Shown piece by piece: positions 12,436-26,508 of a stretch of 64,000 nucleotides of DNA. The translations under genes and the position numbers were made by a program. Source of the DNA: Octopus vulgaris (taxonomy: Eukaryota); the NCBI GenBank assembly GCA_951406725.2, contig OX597816.1, positions 31,248,001-31,312,000 of the forward strand. The letters are read 5' to 3'. The notes beneath the pieces are model-generated. The model saw nothing but the letters and a program-made list of their open reading frames with translations, made no database searches and had not been told where the DNA came from. Within the stretch, counting starts at the first letter, position 1. Each line of letters begins with the position of its first letter.

Positions 12436-13047
12436 GGTATATACATACAGACATAGCCTATTTTCATTTACTGAAAAAAAAACTTTTTCAATGCTTGTTT
12501 AATTCTAATATATTACAGATATTTATGTCCGTTTCTCGTGAAATCTAAGTAAAGAGTACTTCAGTATTAAACAAGTTTATGATCCCACATCAGCGAAAAA
12601 TACTTATGTCTTTTGTAACCCTGGGATACATATATAACAAAATTAGTACACTGGTACAAATACGCATACACATGGGTGTGGATCAGCGTTCGTACTTGTG
12701 TGTATGTGTGAGTATATGCATGCATGAGAAAAATATTTTATTTGATGCATAGTAATATAAGAATAAATACACAGAGCGCTTCTTATAACGCCAAGACTAA
12801 ATTCATAATTTACTAATTTCTTATATATTTTGGTAATATTTGCCGTCTACAAATGAAAATCATATAGCGAATTATTAGAAGGCATACACTACCACGTGTT
12901 CCCTTTGCTGGAATTATTAGCAGCGGTAATGGCGTACGTAGAATTCGTAGTCTTAGAGGTAGTGACAGCTGGTGAAGAGTTGGGTGCAGTATTTGTTGTA
13001 TTTGAAGGTAAAGTAGGAGTGTCATTGTTGATGATGATCATGGTAAT

Positions 13048-13273
13048 CTTATCTTTACTACCCACAAGGGGCTAAACACAGAGAGAACAAACAAGGACAG
13101 GCAAACGGATTACGTCGATTATATCGACTCCATTGCGTAACTGGTACTTATTTAATCGACCCCGAAAGGATGAAAGGCAAAGTTGGCCGCGGCGGAATTT
13201 GAACTCAGAACGTAACGGCAGACGAAATACTGCTAAGCATTTCGCCCGGCGTGCTAACGTTTCTGCCAGCTCA
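13048..13273 (-). mobile_element. tRNA-derived SINE family B with a 12-bp TSD
   Basis: Box A tggcagaaacgtt, box B gagttcaaattcc, Nin-like domain gcctttcatcctttcggggtcga; TSD gatcatggtaat at 13036-13047 and 13274-13285. Confidence 0.92.
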
Positions 13274-14209
13274 GATCATGGTAATGGCAGACAGAATGTT
13301 GGTCCAGGTAATAGTCTCAATAGTAACAGCTGAAGCGGCAGTATTTCTAACAGCAGCTGCAGTGACAATAGTGTCAGTAGTAATAATGTCCGAATCAGTA
13401 GCCATGGACGTAGCAGCTGTAGAAACATTAGTGACAAGCGTGATAACAGTGGTGGTGTTTACCAGTCAAGTATTGGTCTAACTTATATAGACCATTAATT
13501 TTATGTTCATGTCTTATAATGGCCGTAAATTATTTGATCCGCAAATTGCCGTTGTTTCACTCTCTGGAGAAGATATTAGTGGATGCATATACGAGGTCTC
13601 GTCATAAAGTAATGCAATTTTATATACATTACTTTTTGACTCGTCTTCCTATATTTACTTTTGAAAGGATTGAGAAAAATTACTTATATAAACCTAGCAA
13701 TACAAAAGGATTTAACTATTACTTCACTGCTGCATCTAGTATTAAATCTACAGCTGCTGTGGACACTACTACTATTAAAGATAGTTACAAATCGACCATT
13801 GCTGCTTTGGCTACTACAGTGGTAACTACTACTGCGACAGTGTGGGTTAGTTAAGGAACTAATATTACGTGAAGTACTGTCGATACTTCCGCTTACCTAA
13901 ACACATGACTATCTCCTTTTCAAATAATTATTGAAATGTTCTTCTTCTGAAGTTGCATGACTCAACCTATATCTACAAATATAAACGTGCATATACATAG
14001 CTATACATGTAGCTTAGATATATATGTATATATATATACATACATACAAATATATCGATCCATTTATATACATATGTGCTGTGATGTGTTTGTGTTATTA
14101 TTCACATACATGCATACAAATACATATGTTTTCTGCAACGCCGCCGTGAGCGAGATATTATTTTCATCTTGCGGAAAATATTCTACCAACATTATCTCAA
14201 TGATATCGG

Positions 14210-14585
14210 TATTACGTTTACAATTCACCCAAGACTGGGCCCCTGTGCAATGCGTTCCCTGCAAAGGTCGAGATCACATCACATAAAAACCTTGCGACAC
14301 AATTTCTTCACTGCAAATGGTCCTGCTCTTTTCGATGTTATCCCGAAAGAAATTAAAGTAGAAAGAGACATCACAACTTCCAAATGGTACCTGGGCAAAT
14401 TCCTCTAGGAAGTACCAGATAAACCACCTACACCAGGACACGTCTCAGCCAACAACAACTCTCTGCCTGAGTGGTCCATACTGTCCCGAAATAATTAGTC
14501 AAATAATTTTCCAGGTGGTGCTATTAAGTTAGGCATAACGTTGGTCAATAATAGCCAAAACCATTCTAAGTTATCTAATTTAAGT
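14210..14585 (+). mobile_element. CR1/L2-group LINE 3' end
   Basis: HPRLGP...TLRHNFFTANGPALFDVIPKEIK...KWYLGKFL*EVPDKPPTPGH...NNSL is a typical CR1-group C-terminus. Confidence 0.7.
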
Positions 14586-14678
14586 ATAGACACATGCCAG
14601 AAGTAAATAGACACTAATAGACGTTAAAGGCTATTTAAATCTGAAATCATACATTCAAAATATTTGTTAGTTATTATA

Positions 14679-15917
14679 CAGTGAATATCTAATATATAGT
14701 AGACATGACCTTTGCAATTTTCAGTGCAAGGACCATATTAGGCATGCAACTGATCAGATGACGAATATTCTTTTCATGACATGTTTCATGCAGTATTTGA
14801 GGATGGTTTCTTGTTCTTTTTACGATGTAACCTGTCCATTATGCCCAAGAGGGTCCAATACTGTTCATATCTGGTGAGTAGTTTGGCCATGGAAGCTTCT
14901 AATGTCATTCTCTTCCGAACAATATTGAGTCTTTCTATCTGTATGACAAGGGGCTCCGTCTTCCATAAATAGCGTCTTCTTTGATCATTTCACCACTGGA
15001 AAAGATTAGGAGTCCTTTCTTTAATATGGACATATATTTATCTCAATTTAATTCCCTCACATTCAACCAGCTCTGATTGATCATTGCTCCAAATTGCTCT
15101 CCAGAACATTACAAAATAGCCACCATATTTCATTGTTGGCTGCAATGTTTTCTCATAAATTTCATGATTGCAGAGACACCAGACACACATTCGGGCACTG
15201 TCAGGAAATACAGCAAGTCGGAACTCATCAGAGAATATGACAGTGTCCCAAAATGCCAGTGAACCCTTCCCAACCTCACTGGCCCAATCGTTCCTTCGCA
15301 TCACATTGGCTGCTTGAAGAAGCGGATTCTTTCTTGCTGCTGTGCCATAGCAGACAAGCTTGTGAAGATACCTGACAACTGTTCCAGGACTGATATCCAT
15401 ATATTTTGCTATCTAAAAGACCTTGCAACGTGGAGTATCCGCCACATTTCTCTTAACAAAGTGAAGGGTCCTGTGAGAAGGCGCTGGTCGACCTGGGCAA
15501 AGAGATGTGGATTCCTTCCCCCTTGATTTTAATTGCACAATCGCTCTATTAACTGTAGAATGTTGGATCCGAGTGTTTTCTGTGATTTTACATTGACTAA
15601 CTCCACCTTCGGATTGACCCACAATACGGCCTCTTTGAAATTCGGACATTTCCAAGTCTCCCTTTGTAAGTAGGTTGATTAAGCAGTCACTTATAAATCT
15701 TGCATATCTTTATTGCCATCGATGTACATAGTGCAGGGATTTCAACTTCCCAACGTTGGGTTGAAAGACACAACGAAGATGTCTTAGATTCGTGAGTTAA
15801 ATAATTTTCAGCCTGGTTTTACTTCGCTTAGAAAGGAGCTCGGCATCAGTAATGAAACTCTACCCTTCTGAAAATTACATTGAGAAGGTAATAAATTACA
15901 TCACTTTTTCCACACTG
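14679..15917 (-). mobile_element. Tc1/mariner DNA transposon relic
   Basis: Contains the transposase pseudogene; TA-CAGTG at 14677-14683 and CACTG at 15913-15917, but the TIRs do not match further, so the ends are uncertain. Confidence 0.75.
14690..15655 (-). pseudogene. Tc1-type (DD34E) transposase pseudogene with frameshifts and stops
   Basis: [11 protein letters not shown]...STVNR (HTH), GRP, WDTVIFSDE, KYGGYFVMFW, FMEDGAPCH, PWPNYSPDMN. Confidence 0.9.
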
Positions 15918-18057
15918 CAGGGTTGCAGTCAGAATAGTAAAAAAAAATTTTTTTTGCAATCGGAGGCCTTGATACGATCTTTTGAACGTTGTCCTCAACT
16001 CAAAAACATTTTAAAGTGAAATCTGTTCATCCTTCATTAATCTTGTCCCCTCATTACTTGCATCTAGGAATCCGAGAATGGTATTTCATGCAGAAATAAA
16101 TACTTTGAATTCCCCAGCAATACGCACTACGTTCAGGTTTGCTTATGATGTCAAGACTCTCAGCCTTACTGATCATTGCTTAGGCCGGCTAGATCGTAGG
16201 GGGCAGTTGCTTTCTTTTTTTTTTTTACTTATTCCATGAAATGAAGTTCACGTGCGACAGTATCATGATGGCATTATATTTGCTGTGCCAATTTCCTAGT
16301 AGATTGACGAGAATACTTGTTGGATGAGCCCGTTTAATTGATCTACATCGAGTTGTAATCGGCCTATGTGCAGAGTCTGTGATATTGAATTAGCCCCTCC
16401 TACAAGCCTGAAGATCGTTTCTTTGCAGTTCTGCCAGTAATAGTGCTTTCTCTGTACATAATACAAATGTCTCGAGCGGATTTGCCAGATCAAGAACATT
16501 GATTCTAAGCAGCGAGAGGCAGGTGGTTTAAATGCTCATTTACCTGCTACTCGACTGCATTATATGTTTGAAGAGAGGTAAAATGCATTCATATTTCAAA
16601 GAGAAACAAAAGTGTTACAAAAAAGATTATAGCTAAGAAATATATATAAAACACTATAATAGAAGTATTTTTCGCGTGAATTGAAAAAATATTGGAAAGT
16701 CATATATGCATGACATTTTGCTAGCGTGAGTGTATGTTAGGGTATTTGTATTTGTGTATAGCTCTTTGTATGTTTTTGTGTATTGTGTGTTCTTTACATA
16801 AAATTTTTTCCTTCCTGATTTCTGTAAGTGGACTTATGCCAGCGTGGAGCACTTCTTTGACAGGTTCTAGACGGTTCTATTCTCTCAAATAGTTTTTCTA
16901 GTCTTGCTTTTCTGACGATGAACATACCAGCGAATGGCACGCAAGAGTTTGCGTTTGTGTGTGAGAGAGAAGGATAGAGGAGAGATATACATAAATGCAC
17001 ACAGACAGGCAGACACATAGACAGTGACTTACTGTTGCAACTCAAATGCGTGGTAGGTAGGCAGCAAATTCTATTTAAATAATACTTAGCTTTTTCGAGA
17101 GAATTTACCAGTTTATCATTAGTAAATAAACGTCAATTAAAATAGTTCATGATGCACATTTAGAGACGCATTTGTTAAATTTCTCGGGGATGTAGCGTTG
17201 CAGTTTGGATATGTTTTATTTCCTTCACTGCGCCGTCTATTGATACGTCTCGCCGAATACCATATTGCGCATTGTCATACAGCTGTTAACTTGAGCGGCA
17301 AAATATACAAAAGCAGGAAGCAAATTCCCATGCGAAGAGAACGCCATACCAATTTATTATTAGTAAATATCGCAAATATGAGATATAATAAGTGATGGTG
17401 CATCAGCTGTTATTGATTTATTCATCATCGTGGATACATATCAATGCAACAATCATTATTCAATAACACTGATGTTTCTTTATCAATTCTGTGTTCGGAA
17501 CATTCAACCAGAGACGTCAGGCGAAACATTTGCACATGGAGATGTTGTGTAGCCCACTATCCTATTGTTTTGCTATTTTTGTTATGTTATTGTTGTTGCT
17601 GTTGTTGCTGTTACTGTTGCTACGGCTCTTGTTCCTGTAAAAAGAATGCAGTTTAGAATGTGAGCATTCCTGTTGGTATTAGCGGAGAAGCAATCTAACA
17701 TCTGGTGGCTGTTCAAGGAACTAATTTTATACAAATATAGTTGCTTAGTAACTGGCCTTCACAGCTGCTGATGTGAGTGTAGCATGACGCTGCCAGAGAA
17801 TGTCAGTCAAGGTAAGCAAGATTCTTCTCTGGGAGACCAACAAAACAGCATATTTATTTATTTGTTAATTCTACGTGTTTATTATTCAACAATTGTACTT
17901 GTTTGTATATGTTTCGTCAGAATTTTCCTGCCACTTTACAATTTTCCTATCAAGCTTATATTATTACCATTTTACTACTTTAGTGTCAAGCTTATATATG
18001 AGCGAAAACTCAATATGAAAATAAAAATAAATAAAACTAAAGAAAATACACCCACTA

Positions 18058-18065
18058 AACACACA

Positions 18066-18137
<72 letters not shown>

Positions 18138-18161
18138 CCCATATAAGTAGATATATAGATA

Positions 18162-18202
<41 letters not shown>

Positions 18203-18219
18203 GATAGATATGTACATAT

Positions 18220-18252
<33 letters not shown>

Positions 18253-18272
18253 TTATGCATATATATGTGTGT
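18058..18272. repeat. (CA)n/(TA)n compound microsatellite
   Basis: Seen directly. Confidence 0.97.
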
Positions 18273-18851
18273 ATATTAGCAAACGCACACCTCCTTTGGA
18301 CAGTTTAACATATAAATAAGTAATAAATTTTAGAATGTGAAAACAGCTAAACAATATTCTGTAATGCAAATATAGATTTAAAAATATGGAAAACTGTCGA
18401 AATAACTAGACAAATCCTTACATTTTTATAATATGCTCTAACCAAATCCCTCAAACAATATACACCAATACACATATAAAAATTATGGAAAGTAATGATT
18501 CACATTTACAACACACAAATAAATAATAAATCAAACATGTGTGAAAACCACTAAAATATATTTTCTAATGCCAATACACAACCTTATAGATTAAAAATGT
18601 CTGGAAGACCCTACATACGCAAAAACTATGTACATGCAACGAATTAGACATATCCCATGTAAACCCCGTTTTTTCCCGGTTTGTCTAGTTACGCGAGAGC
18701 TCTGGGTAGAATGTTATAGTGCTTTACCATACTTGGCACATAAGTATTGTGTGTGTAAAGTTTGCTGGCAATCGGTTGAGAATCGTGGAAATGTATATTT
18801 TAGTCAATATACACAGGCATCTTGGGATTTATATATGTATATATATATATA

Positions 18852-19119
18852 TATCTGTAAAATAATATGTGACAATTATTCAATAGCCAAGATAAAACTC
18901 TGAGTTTCGGACGTCAAGGTGGGAATGCACAACACCATCTCTACGGTTATCTGGCCAAATAACTGAAGAGATGGCGTTATGGATTTCCACCTCGGCATCC
19001 GAAACTCAGAGTTTTATATTGGCTATTGAATAATTGTCACATATTATTTAACAGATAAATTTCCTCTATTTACATAATATTGAGGTCTCTATCTTTCTTT
19101 TGTTATCTTACCATTTTTA

Positions 19120-19122
<3 letters not shown>
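18852..19122 (+). mobile_element. Penelope-like pLTR with an inverted partial copy (206-bp palindrome), inserted in (TA)n
   Basis: Arms 18852-18954 and 18955-19057 are near-perfect reverse complements; (TA)n flanks both sides. Confidence 0.75.
18954..19023 (+). ncRNA. Hammerhead ribozyme-like motif
   Basis: Stem I gccaa-ataa/ttat-a-ttggc; CTGAAGA (18963); stem II GATG/CATC with an extra C; GAAAC-TCAGA-GTT (palindromic aaactcagagttt). Confidence 0.5.
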
Positions 19123-19167
<45 letters not shown>

Positions 19168-21059
19168 AATTTTAAAAAAATAGACAGTAACGTATAATTA
19201 GAACTCCTAACAGCTATATATATTGAGAATACAATAGAATACATTATATAAATCTAACTTTCATCCAGTCAATAGAGTCATCATACATTAGTCTTTGAAT
19301 TTAAATCAGGACCAGAGAGACCATATATAACTAAACGGAGAAACAAGGACATCCGCAAACAATCCACGCATCAGCCAAACGTTTGTTTTCTTCATTCTTC
19401 TTGCAACATTTCAGTTGTGGTACTCCTATTATTTCACCAATGAATTAGTTTGTGCATGAATATATGTTTTAAAAGTAAGTATATTTACATGTTGAAACGT
19501 CGTCATCTTCCCGATTTTGTCCACTGGATCTAGTTTTGTGGCTTCCATTTTTGATGCAAAGTTCTTTTCAACAATACTCTCCTTAGTTCGCTGTTCCGTA
19601 CAAGTAATAAGGAGTACCAATTCTATAAAATGTAATTCTGAAGGTCATGAATGTTTTTCTCGATTTTAGTCGATCTTATATTTCATGTAAATCAATTCAA
19701 GAGATAGACAATTAGGAATGACTTCTCATATAACTTCAGAAATGATAACGGATTTAAACATGAAATACAAATTATAGAGAGAAATTTATAATGAAATTTA
19801 ACAAAGAAGAGAGGCATATAACGAAGGACTTTGAGAGGAGACTGCTTATTTTGAATGTAAAAAATAGAACAGATAGCTTGAAACAGATTGCTTAAAACAT
19901 AAATGATAGAAAATAACGTAACATATATGATGTAGAACGCGGAAATGTAATAGGATTCTGTTTCGTTGAAACAGTTTGATTGTAAAATATTGTATATGTT
20001 GAGAGTTAATTACCAGATACATCGCGTTTCTAAATCCTCTGTAGTTTCCAAATAGTTATAAGAAACTGTGAAATGAACATTTGGACATACTCACTATACT
20101 GTGATTGACAAATCTAATGAGTTGCAATTTTGCGTTGAAGAAATCTTCATTAACGCGTACTTGTAGAATAGTATATTTTAATTATTACAACACGTACAGT
20201 TGAAACGCTGGGCGTTTTTAGATTTCACAAGAGATGCTTGTTATCAGAATGTGGTTAGGGAATCCCTCTCCAGAATTATATTTATTGTACAAAATTAGGA
20301 TTCAACTATTTATATATTTTAGATTCGAACCGACAAACAGGGGTCATACAAGTCATCAAAATTTTCGACAGGCTAATTGTCTTTTGCTTTATTTTAACCA
20401 TTAATATACTGCATTTTATTTCCGTTCGCTATCTTTGATATCTCTCCCTCTTTCCCTCACCTTTTTTTCTATCCTTTTCTCTGTCTTCGTCTACTTCTTT
20501 CTCTCTCTCTCTCTCTCGCTCTTTCACCATTCCAACCCGTCTAAATAATTATAATTCATCGAATTCAAAGACGTTTCACTCAACATTGCAAATCATTTAA
20601 CAGAACTCTTTTACAAATATTTCGAAAATGCTACTCGATAATGTTTTATGCCTATTGTTATTATACATAATAATAATACCTATGTCCTGCAGGTCAACGA
20701 AGATACCATTTTCGTCATTTGTTTCATCTCTTCAATACTATAAAATAAATATTTAAAGTATAGTTTGTTGTTTTGCAGTTAAGTAAGAAACAGAAAACTT
20801 CTATATACATACACAACAAATCAGAAAATTGCTTTTATCATCAGCTGGAGCGTTAATGAAATTAGTTGTGAGAGTATACGTGGAAATTTCAGGTGAATCC
20901 TATTCATCTTGCTATTATTTAAGTAGGTCTACACAGCAGTGTTTATACATTCCTCTAGGTATCCGTTTTTGTCTTTCATTTACTTCACCATTCTGACTTT
21001 AGATGTCTAATATATTCACAGAAAACGATAGTTAAATGTAATATCATTGTTTTATATAT

Positions 21060-21215
21060 ATTGGCACAAATCCAAAACCTGATACTTAAATAGTCAATAC
21101 CACCGAGACCATTTTTAGACCAGTATATTATTAAAGAGACTCCGAAAATAGATCGGGGTGACATTAAATTTATTAGGACATATTTTGTCCCTTTAACGAT
21201 CCTGTCAATTCACCA
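21060..21215 (-). mobile_element. Very degenerate SINE family B
   Basis: ttggcacaa...tagtcaatac...ctccgaaa...taacgatcctgtcaattcacc. Confidence 0.35.
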
Positions 21216-24200
21216 TCCTTCCAAGCATTAATGTAAAAGCAATTCCTCTGTGACATTACAATCCCTTCTATATACACAGATGCTACCATATCTACATTTG
21301 TAAAGTGTGCTTTCAGTATGCTACATTAAAGTCAAATATGCACATTGCAATTGGGAATATTCAAATTGCCTTGAGTTTGCAGCCCATTCAGAAAGTAATC
21401 GTGTTAATAAAAGACCGTTCGATAATGCGTTGGTATATATCTTGGCAAGATATGAAATAGAAAAAATATTCAAAACGTATTATTCCTAATATCGATGTCA
21501 ATGAAGTTATTATATGCATAACCTTTTATCTGATTTAGAAAACTGTTGTAATTTATATTTTAAATAGGAAAACTGCAATTTCAGCTATGAATTTGATATT
21601 GACATTTTCCTTTCGAAAATAAAGATAACATAATTTGATACAGCAAACTTAAATATGGCCAAAAGGATTGTGTTATCTGTACGAATGTTTGCTTACAGAA
21701 TAGAGCTTATATAGCATGCAGAGTGAGATATTTCAATATTATGCGCGTTAGTTTTGCAGGTATGTATCAAATGTAATGAAATTGTATATAAATAAAAAGT
21801 TTACATATTCGATAAATATGAAGGCAGTGATTTATCAGCCCATTATATCTGCGTTTCATTTATGAACTGATTAGTTTTTTTCTAAGCAGTACAGCGTATT
21901 TTGCCATATAATACCGAATCACTATCTTTGTTTATCATCTGTTGTGTTTGATCATAATATCATATTAAGCGTAAACGTCATTCTTATCTATTATATTTAT
22001 TTATGCCATTCGTTTATTATGTTGATGTGTGAAATGTATTTGTTACATATATTTTTTGCTCACAGAAACAATATTTGGTTGCGAATCATACTATTTATTT
22101 CCACTAAGTAAACAACCGAAATTACGAATTTTTGAACTTTATGATTTTACTTCAAATGATTTTCAATGACATTTAAAAAAGTTTTGACACTGTTATCTTC
22201 TGCCACGCATTACATCGTGATACATTTATTCAGAAATAATTTCTTGGTAGAATTCGAAAGATTGCATTGATAAGGCAATGTGTCATTTACTGCTCTTTCG
22301 CCATGTTGCAAGATAAACGTATCAATTATAGATAATGCAGAACACCTTATTTCTCAAACACAAATCAAGCGAAGATATATCTGGGAATATATCTGGTCCA
22401 CATGCATATACAAAACATTTACACACACACACACTCACACACTCACACATGCATTAACATGTAGCTGACAGCTATCTTTTGTGAAGCTACTGCAAATATT
22501 TTCAGTCCTTGATATATAATAAATGGAAGGAATATCTCAGTAGAAGATAAATCAATAGCTATGTAACATACAGAAACAGTATTCACACAGATATGTAAAC
22601 TAATTTACGGATACTAAATTTAGTTATAGACGACTGTAGACAACCTAATTGCAGTTTGGTGATTAACTAAAAAATATTTGAGTTTACACGAATGCCAGAC
22701 AATTCTACGAAAAGCAAAAAATATAATCTGGAAACATTTTCATCAAAGAAGATTCAGGCTAGACATTTTAAGCACATGTATATACTCACAAGCTTCCACG
22801 TTTAATTGGATGACAGAATTAAATAAACTAATGTGTTTTAGTTGTTCCTTTATGACATGTCCTTTGCTAAATTCTAATGAACGTCTGTGTAATTGCTGAG
22901 GTAGTTTACATGTGTAGTTAATATTTGGGATTTGCAGGACTTATTCATTTTCACATACATTTCAGACAACGAGGTACAAATAGACAGCATTTATAAACGG
23001 CATTCCTTTACAATAAGTGTAGGTAAACTAATACATAATAAATAACTTAAATCGCTGTACAATTTTAATACAACTAGGGATTAGATTGTTAATCATTTCT
23101 AACAATTCTATAGAAAAGATTTATCTCAAGATTTTGAAGTAAATAATTAAGCAAAGCCGTGCATAATTTAGAATTTTTATTTGTAGCCGTAAAAGCAGAA
23201 CATTTTACATTTCAGTAATTTATTAGCCTATTATCTGTTGTTATATATACCTTCTCTACAATGGCTAAAATTTATGATACAGTTACGTATGTGTGCTTTT
23301 GCTGCATCTGCGTGATTTTGTTCTCAATGATGCAGTTGATGTTCTTGATTATTCTTGTTATTGTTGCCTAACACTAAGTAGGACAGAATCGACGGAACTT
23401 ACAGATTATTTCATTCAAGCCATTGCGAGCTTACCAATTCAAGGTAGTTGGCTGTGATATGATGAAACATTGACTCTATTCCTTGTAGTTAAGCGATTAG
23501 GAAGAGACTCACCCTCTAAAACATATGTTTACACATACATACACAAACACACACACACACACACTGCCCCTAAGCAGATAATTTACTTTGGAGAATATAA
23601 TTCACGAATCGCGGTGAAACTATGACTAAATGATGAAGGACCAAATAGTGCTTTTAAGCCAAGAATTCAGCCAATTCAGATAGTATTATGCGTGAAGTCT
23701 TCTACGAAATTCTCGATCCTGTTTATGACCAGGAAACAAACTGTCTATCCCTACAAATATAGGATGGTAACATTACGAACTGCTTCGTCATATATCCGGG
23801 GAAACGGAGCAATGACCGTAATATCTATTGCAACGAGAATGGCAGCCAAAATGATTGGTAACTAAATATAATACAATAATAGTAACGTGTAGTAAGTATA
23901 TAAATATAAGTTGAGAAATATCATAGAAACAAATTTCATGAGATTAATTTTTCCATTGCGATGCCTTTCTTATTTTTTCCTCTTCCATTAAGATTCACAA
24001 TACTTATCGGAGAAATAATTTCATCGCATCACATTTAATTCAAGATAAAAGTAGGTATTTTTTCATTTAATAAATTAGCATTATTATTAATATTTCATAT
24101 TATGAAAAGTATTGAAATAAAATAATTACTTCCAAACCATAAAATTCATATTATTCTATACGCGACACAAAGATTTGTTTTATTATGGCGTTCATATATA

Positions 24201-25439
24201 GAAGCTAATATTACCTCGAGGATATACACGAATTATTATTGTCACAGGCAGTTCAGTTTATGGAAAATTAAGAGAATATTCTGACGAATTATATTCTAAA
24301 ATATAATGAAAAGAATAGAAAATATAAGTATCTAATATATAAGCGTTATTTCAAATACTCAAAAAATAAATTGAAAAACTACAACAAATTGAGTGAGAGA
24401 AATTGAGCTAAATTTATATCGCCTAAAATATTCTGTCCTTTTAGAAAATCCCAAAGCGAAATAACCTTTCCCTAGGAAATATTGCAAGTTGATAATGGTA
24501 TCTCTTTGAATTACCTGCAAATCAACTTATATTTTTAATATTATATGGGAGGATAAACATAACTGTCGACACTATATTTCACTAACTTTCGGATGTATAT
24601 TAAATGTTATTATTTTGATATTTCCAGGCATTAGAATTCAGATACATTAAATATTAATTGCAAATGGAAAACACAGTAAGTTAATAAGAACGCGCATTTT
24701 CCGCCCCACCGTTGCCCGTCTCACATTTCCCTCTCAGCTACCAACCCTCCACCCTGCCCCTTTAACGTTCCTTCATCATTCTCTCAGACACGCTATTTAT
24801 CGTATTAAAGGTCTCTTAAAAAAAGTTTGGAACAAGCTTTCTTTCTGGTTTTCCAGACTTTAATACTTAATTGCCTTCGTATTTCAAGACATTGCTCCTC
24901 GTATCATGCAGACATCTACGTCATTCACGTTTATTTATATAAAGGTAAGTACAAAGCATGTGTATCCATTACATTCATATGTATCTATTAATTTCCTTTC
25001 CTCTGTTTATGCAATTTTTCAAAACAATGAAGTGAAGCTCGTCCAATTCATTCAGTGAATAATAGCTCATTAGGTTAAAGGTATTGGAATAATTCAATGC
25101 CACATTTATTCATATATTGATTACATTAACAAACTGATTTCGTTTATTTTGCTAACTCTCATCATTCTAGTCTATATTTATTTTTAATTTCTTTGTTTCC
25201 TCTCCCTCCAGTAAAATGTTAAGCAATTGATATCCTTTATCATCATGTACTGATCGTAAAGACAGGTCAACTGACATTTTTTTACTCACTTCAGTTCAGC
25301 TTTGACGCATATGTCAACACGAAGTTGCATCGCAATATATCTACTGTACATTCTATGGCAACCTATGAGAACTTCAAGCTTCCTTCAAAGCTAAGAGAAA
25401 ATTATATTTTTGTTGATTAATATTTGGCGGATATTAAAG

Positions 25440-25655
25440 TAGAGAACTAGCAGAATCATTGGTAGACCGAACAAAATGGTGAGCAGTACTTCCTCAGGCT
25501 TTGCATTCTGAGTTCAAATTCTACCGAGTTCGACTCTGCTTTCCATTTTTTATGATCGATAACATAAGTGTACGTTGAACGCTATGTTCGATGTAAACCA
25601 CTTAGCCCCACCCACCCAAGAAATGGATGGCCTTGTGCCAAAATTTGAAATCAAT
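25440..25655 (+). mobile_element. SINE family B, diverged
   Basis: gaactagcagaatcatt...ttctgagttcaaattctaccgagttcgactctgctttccatt...ggccttgtgccaaaatttgaaa. Confidence 0.8.
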
Positions 25656-26307
25656 ATTTCCGAATACTTTCGTAGCCGTAGGATTAAGTAGGGTTTATAA
25701 TTACTAATGTTATTTTAATTTTGGACCTTATCTCCAGAAATAATTATATTCGATCTAATTCGTCAACTTCAAATTTTAGCAATTTCCAATTCAGATTATT
25801 AATATATACAAAATTTCCATCCCTATACAATTGCATTATTCACCCATGTTCACGTATTCTAATACACATCTCAATTGGTGTTTATTAAAATTTTCTTCGC
25901 TCCATGTTTTTATGGAATTACTTTAGTTTTCAATTAATTGTCATATTTATTCCCGAGATATAAATACTCGGAATTTTTCCCCAGTTTATTGAGTGTAGTT
26001 TCGGATGATCCAATTTTGATTTGATATGATTTTTTGCATGATAATAATTTCTAATCTTATGTAAAACATAATCTGCTTTGCAGAAATGATTCCTTATACG
26101 ATGTTCCATGCTTATAAATATCGATTTTTCTCTCTCGTAATAATATAGTTAAACATCATTGTACCCATATTTTGTAGACAGATTTTAGTTAATACACATG
26201 TGTGAATTTGAAATATATGCAGTTGAAACTTGATGGATCGTCCCTAGAATGTAAAAAATGACATATGCTACAGAAAGAAATCGGAGCGCCTAACAATGTC
26301 TTTCTAA

Positions 26308-26508
26308 ATATTGAGCGAAAACACCTAAACCTCCACGAGGCTCCGGCAGGGGTGGTGGTGACCCCTGCTGTACTCTTTCGCTGCAACTTTCTCACACACT
26401 TTCTTCTGTTGACCTGCTCGCATAGCCAGCGGGGTGGCGTCATTTCAAGGCTAAAACAATGTGAAGCCCATTGTGGCCAGCGATGTGTAGCCTAGTTGGT
26501 CACGTGAT
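26308..26508 (+). mobile_element. SINE family C, 5'-truncated
   Basis: Matches the reverse complement of 32375-32595 (attgagcgaaaacacctaaa...agccagcggggtggcgtcatt...ggtcacgtga). Confidence 0.88.

Noticed and set aside
16050-16520. Minus-strand ORF (LNGLIQQVFSSIY...KKKATAPYDL), possibly a LINE relic or exon
   Set aside because: Similarity to the LINE pre-RT region is too weak to call
22897-22920. TGAGGTAGTttacaTGTGTAGTT resembles let-7
   Set aside because: The centre differs from let-7 and no convincing star arm or hairpin forms
23436-23462. Minus-strand TATCACAGCCAACT resembles miR-2
   Set aside because: Only the 5' half matches and there is no pre-miRNA hairpin
23630-23865. Open frame DEGPNSAFKPRIQP... 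in unique sequence
   Set aside because: No recognisable domain or splice boundaries
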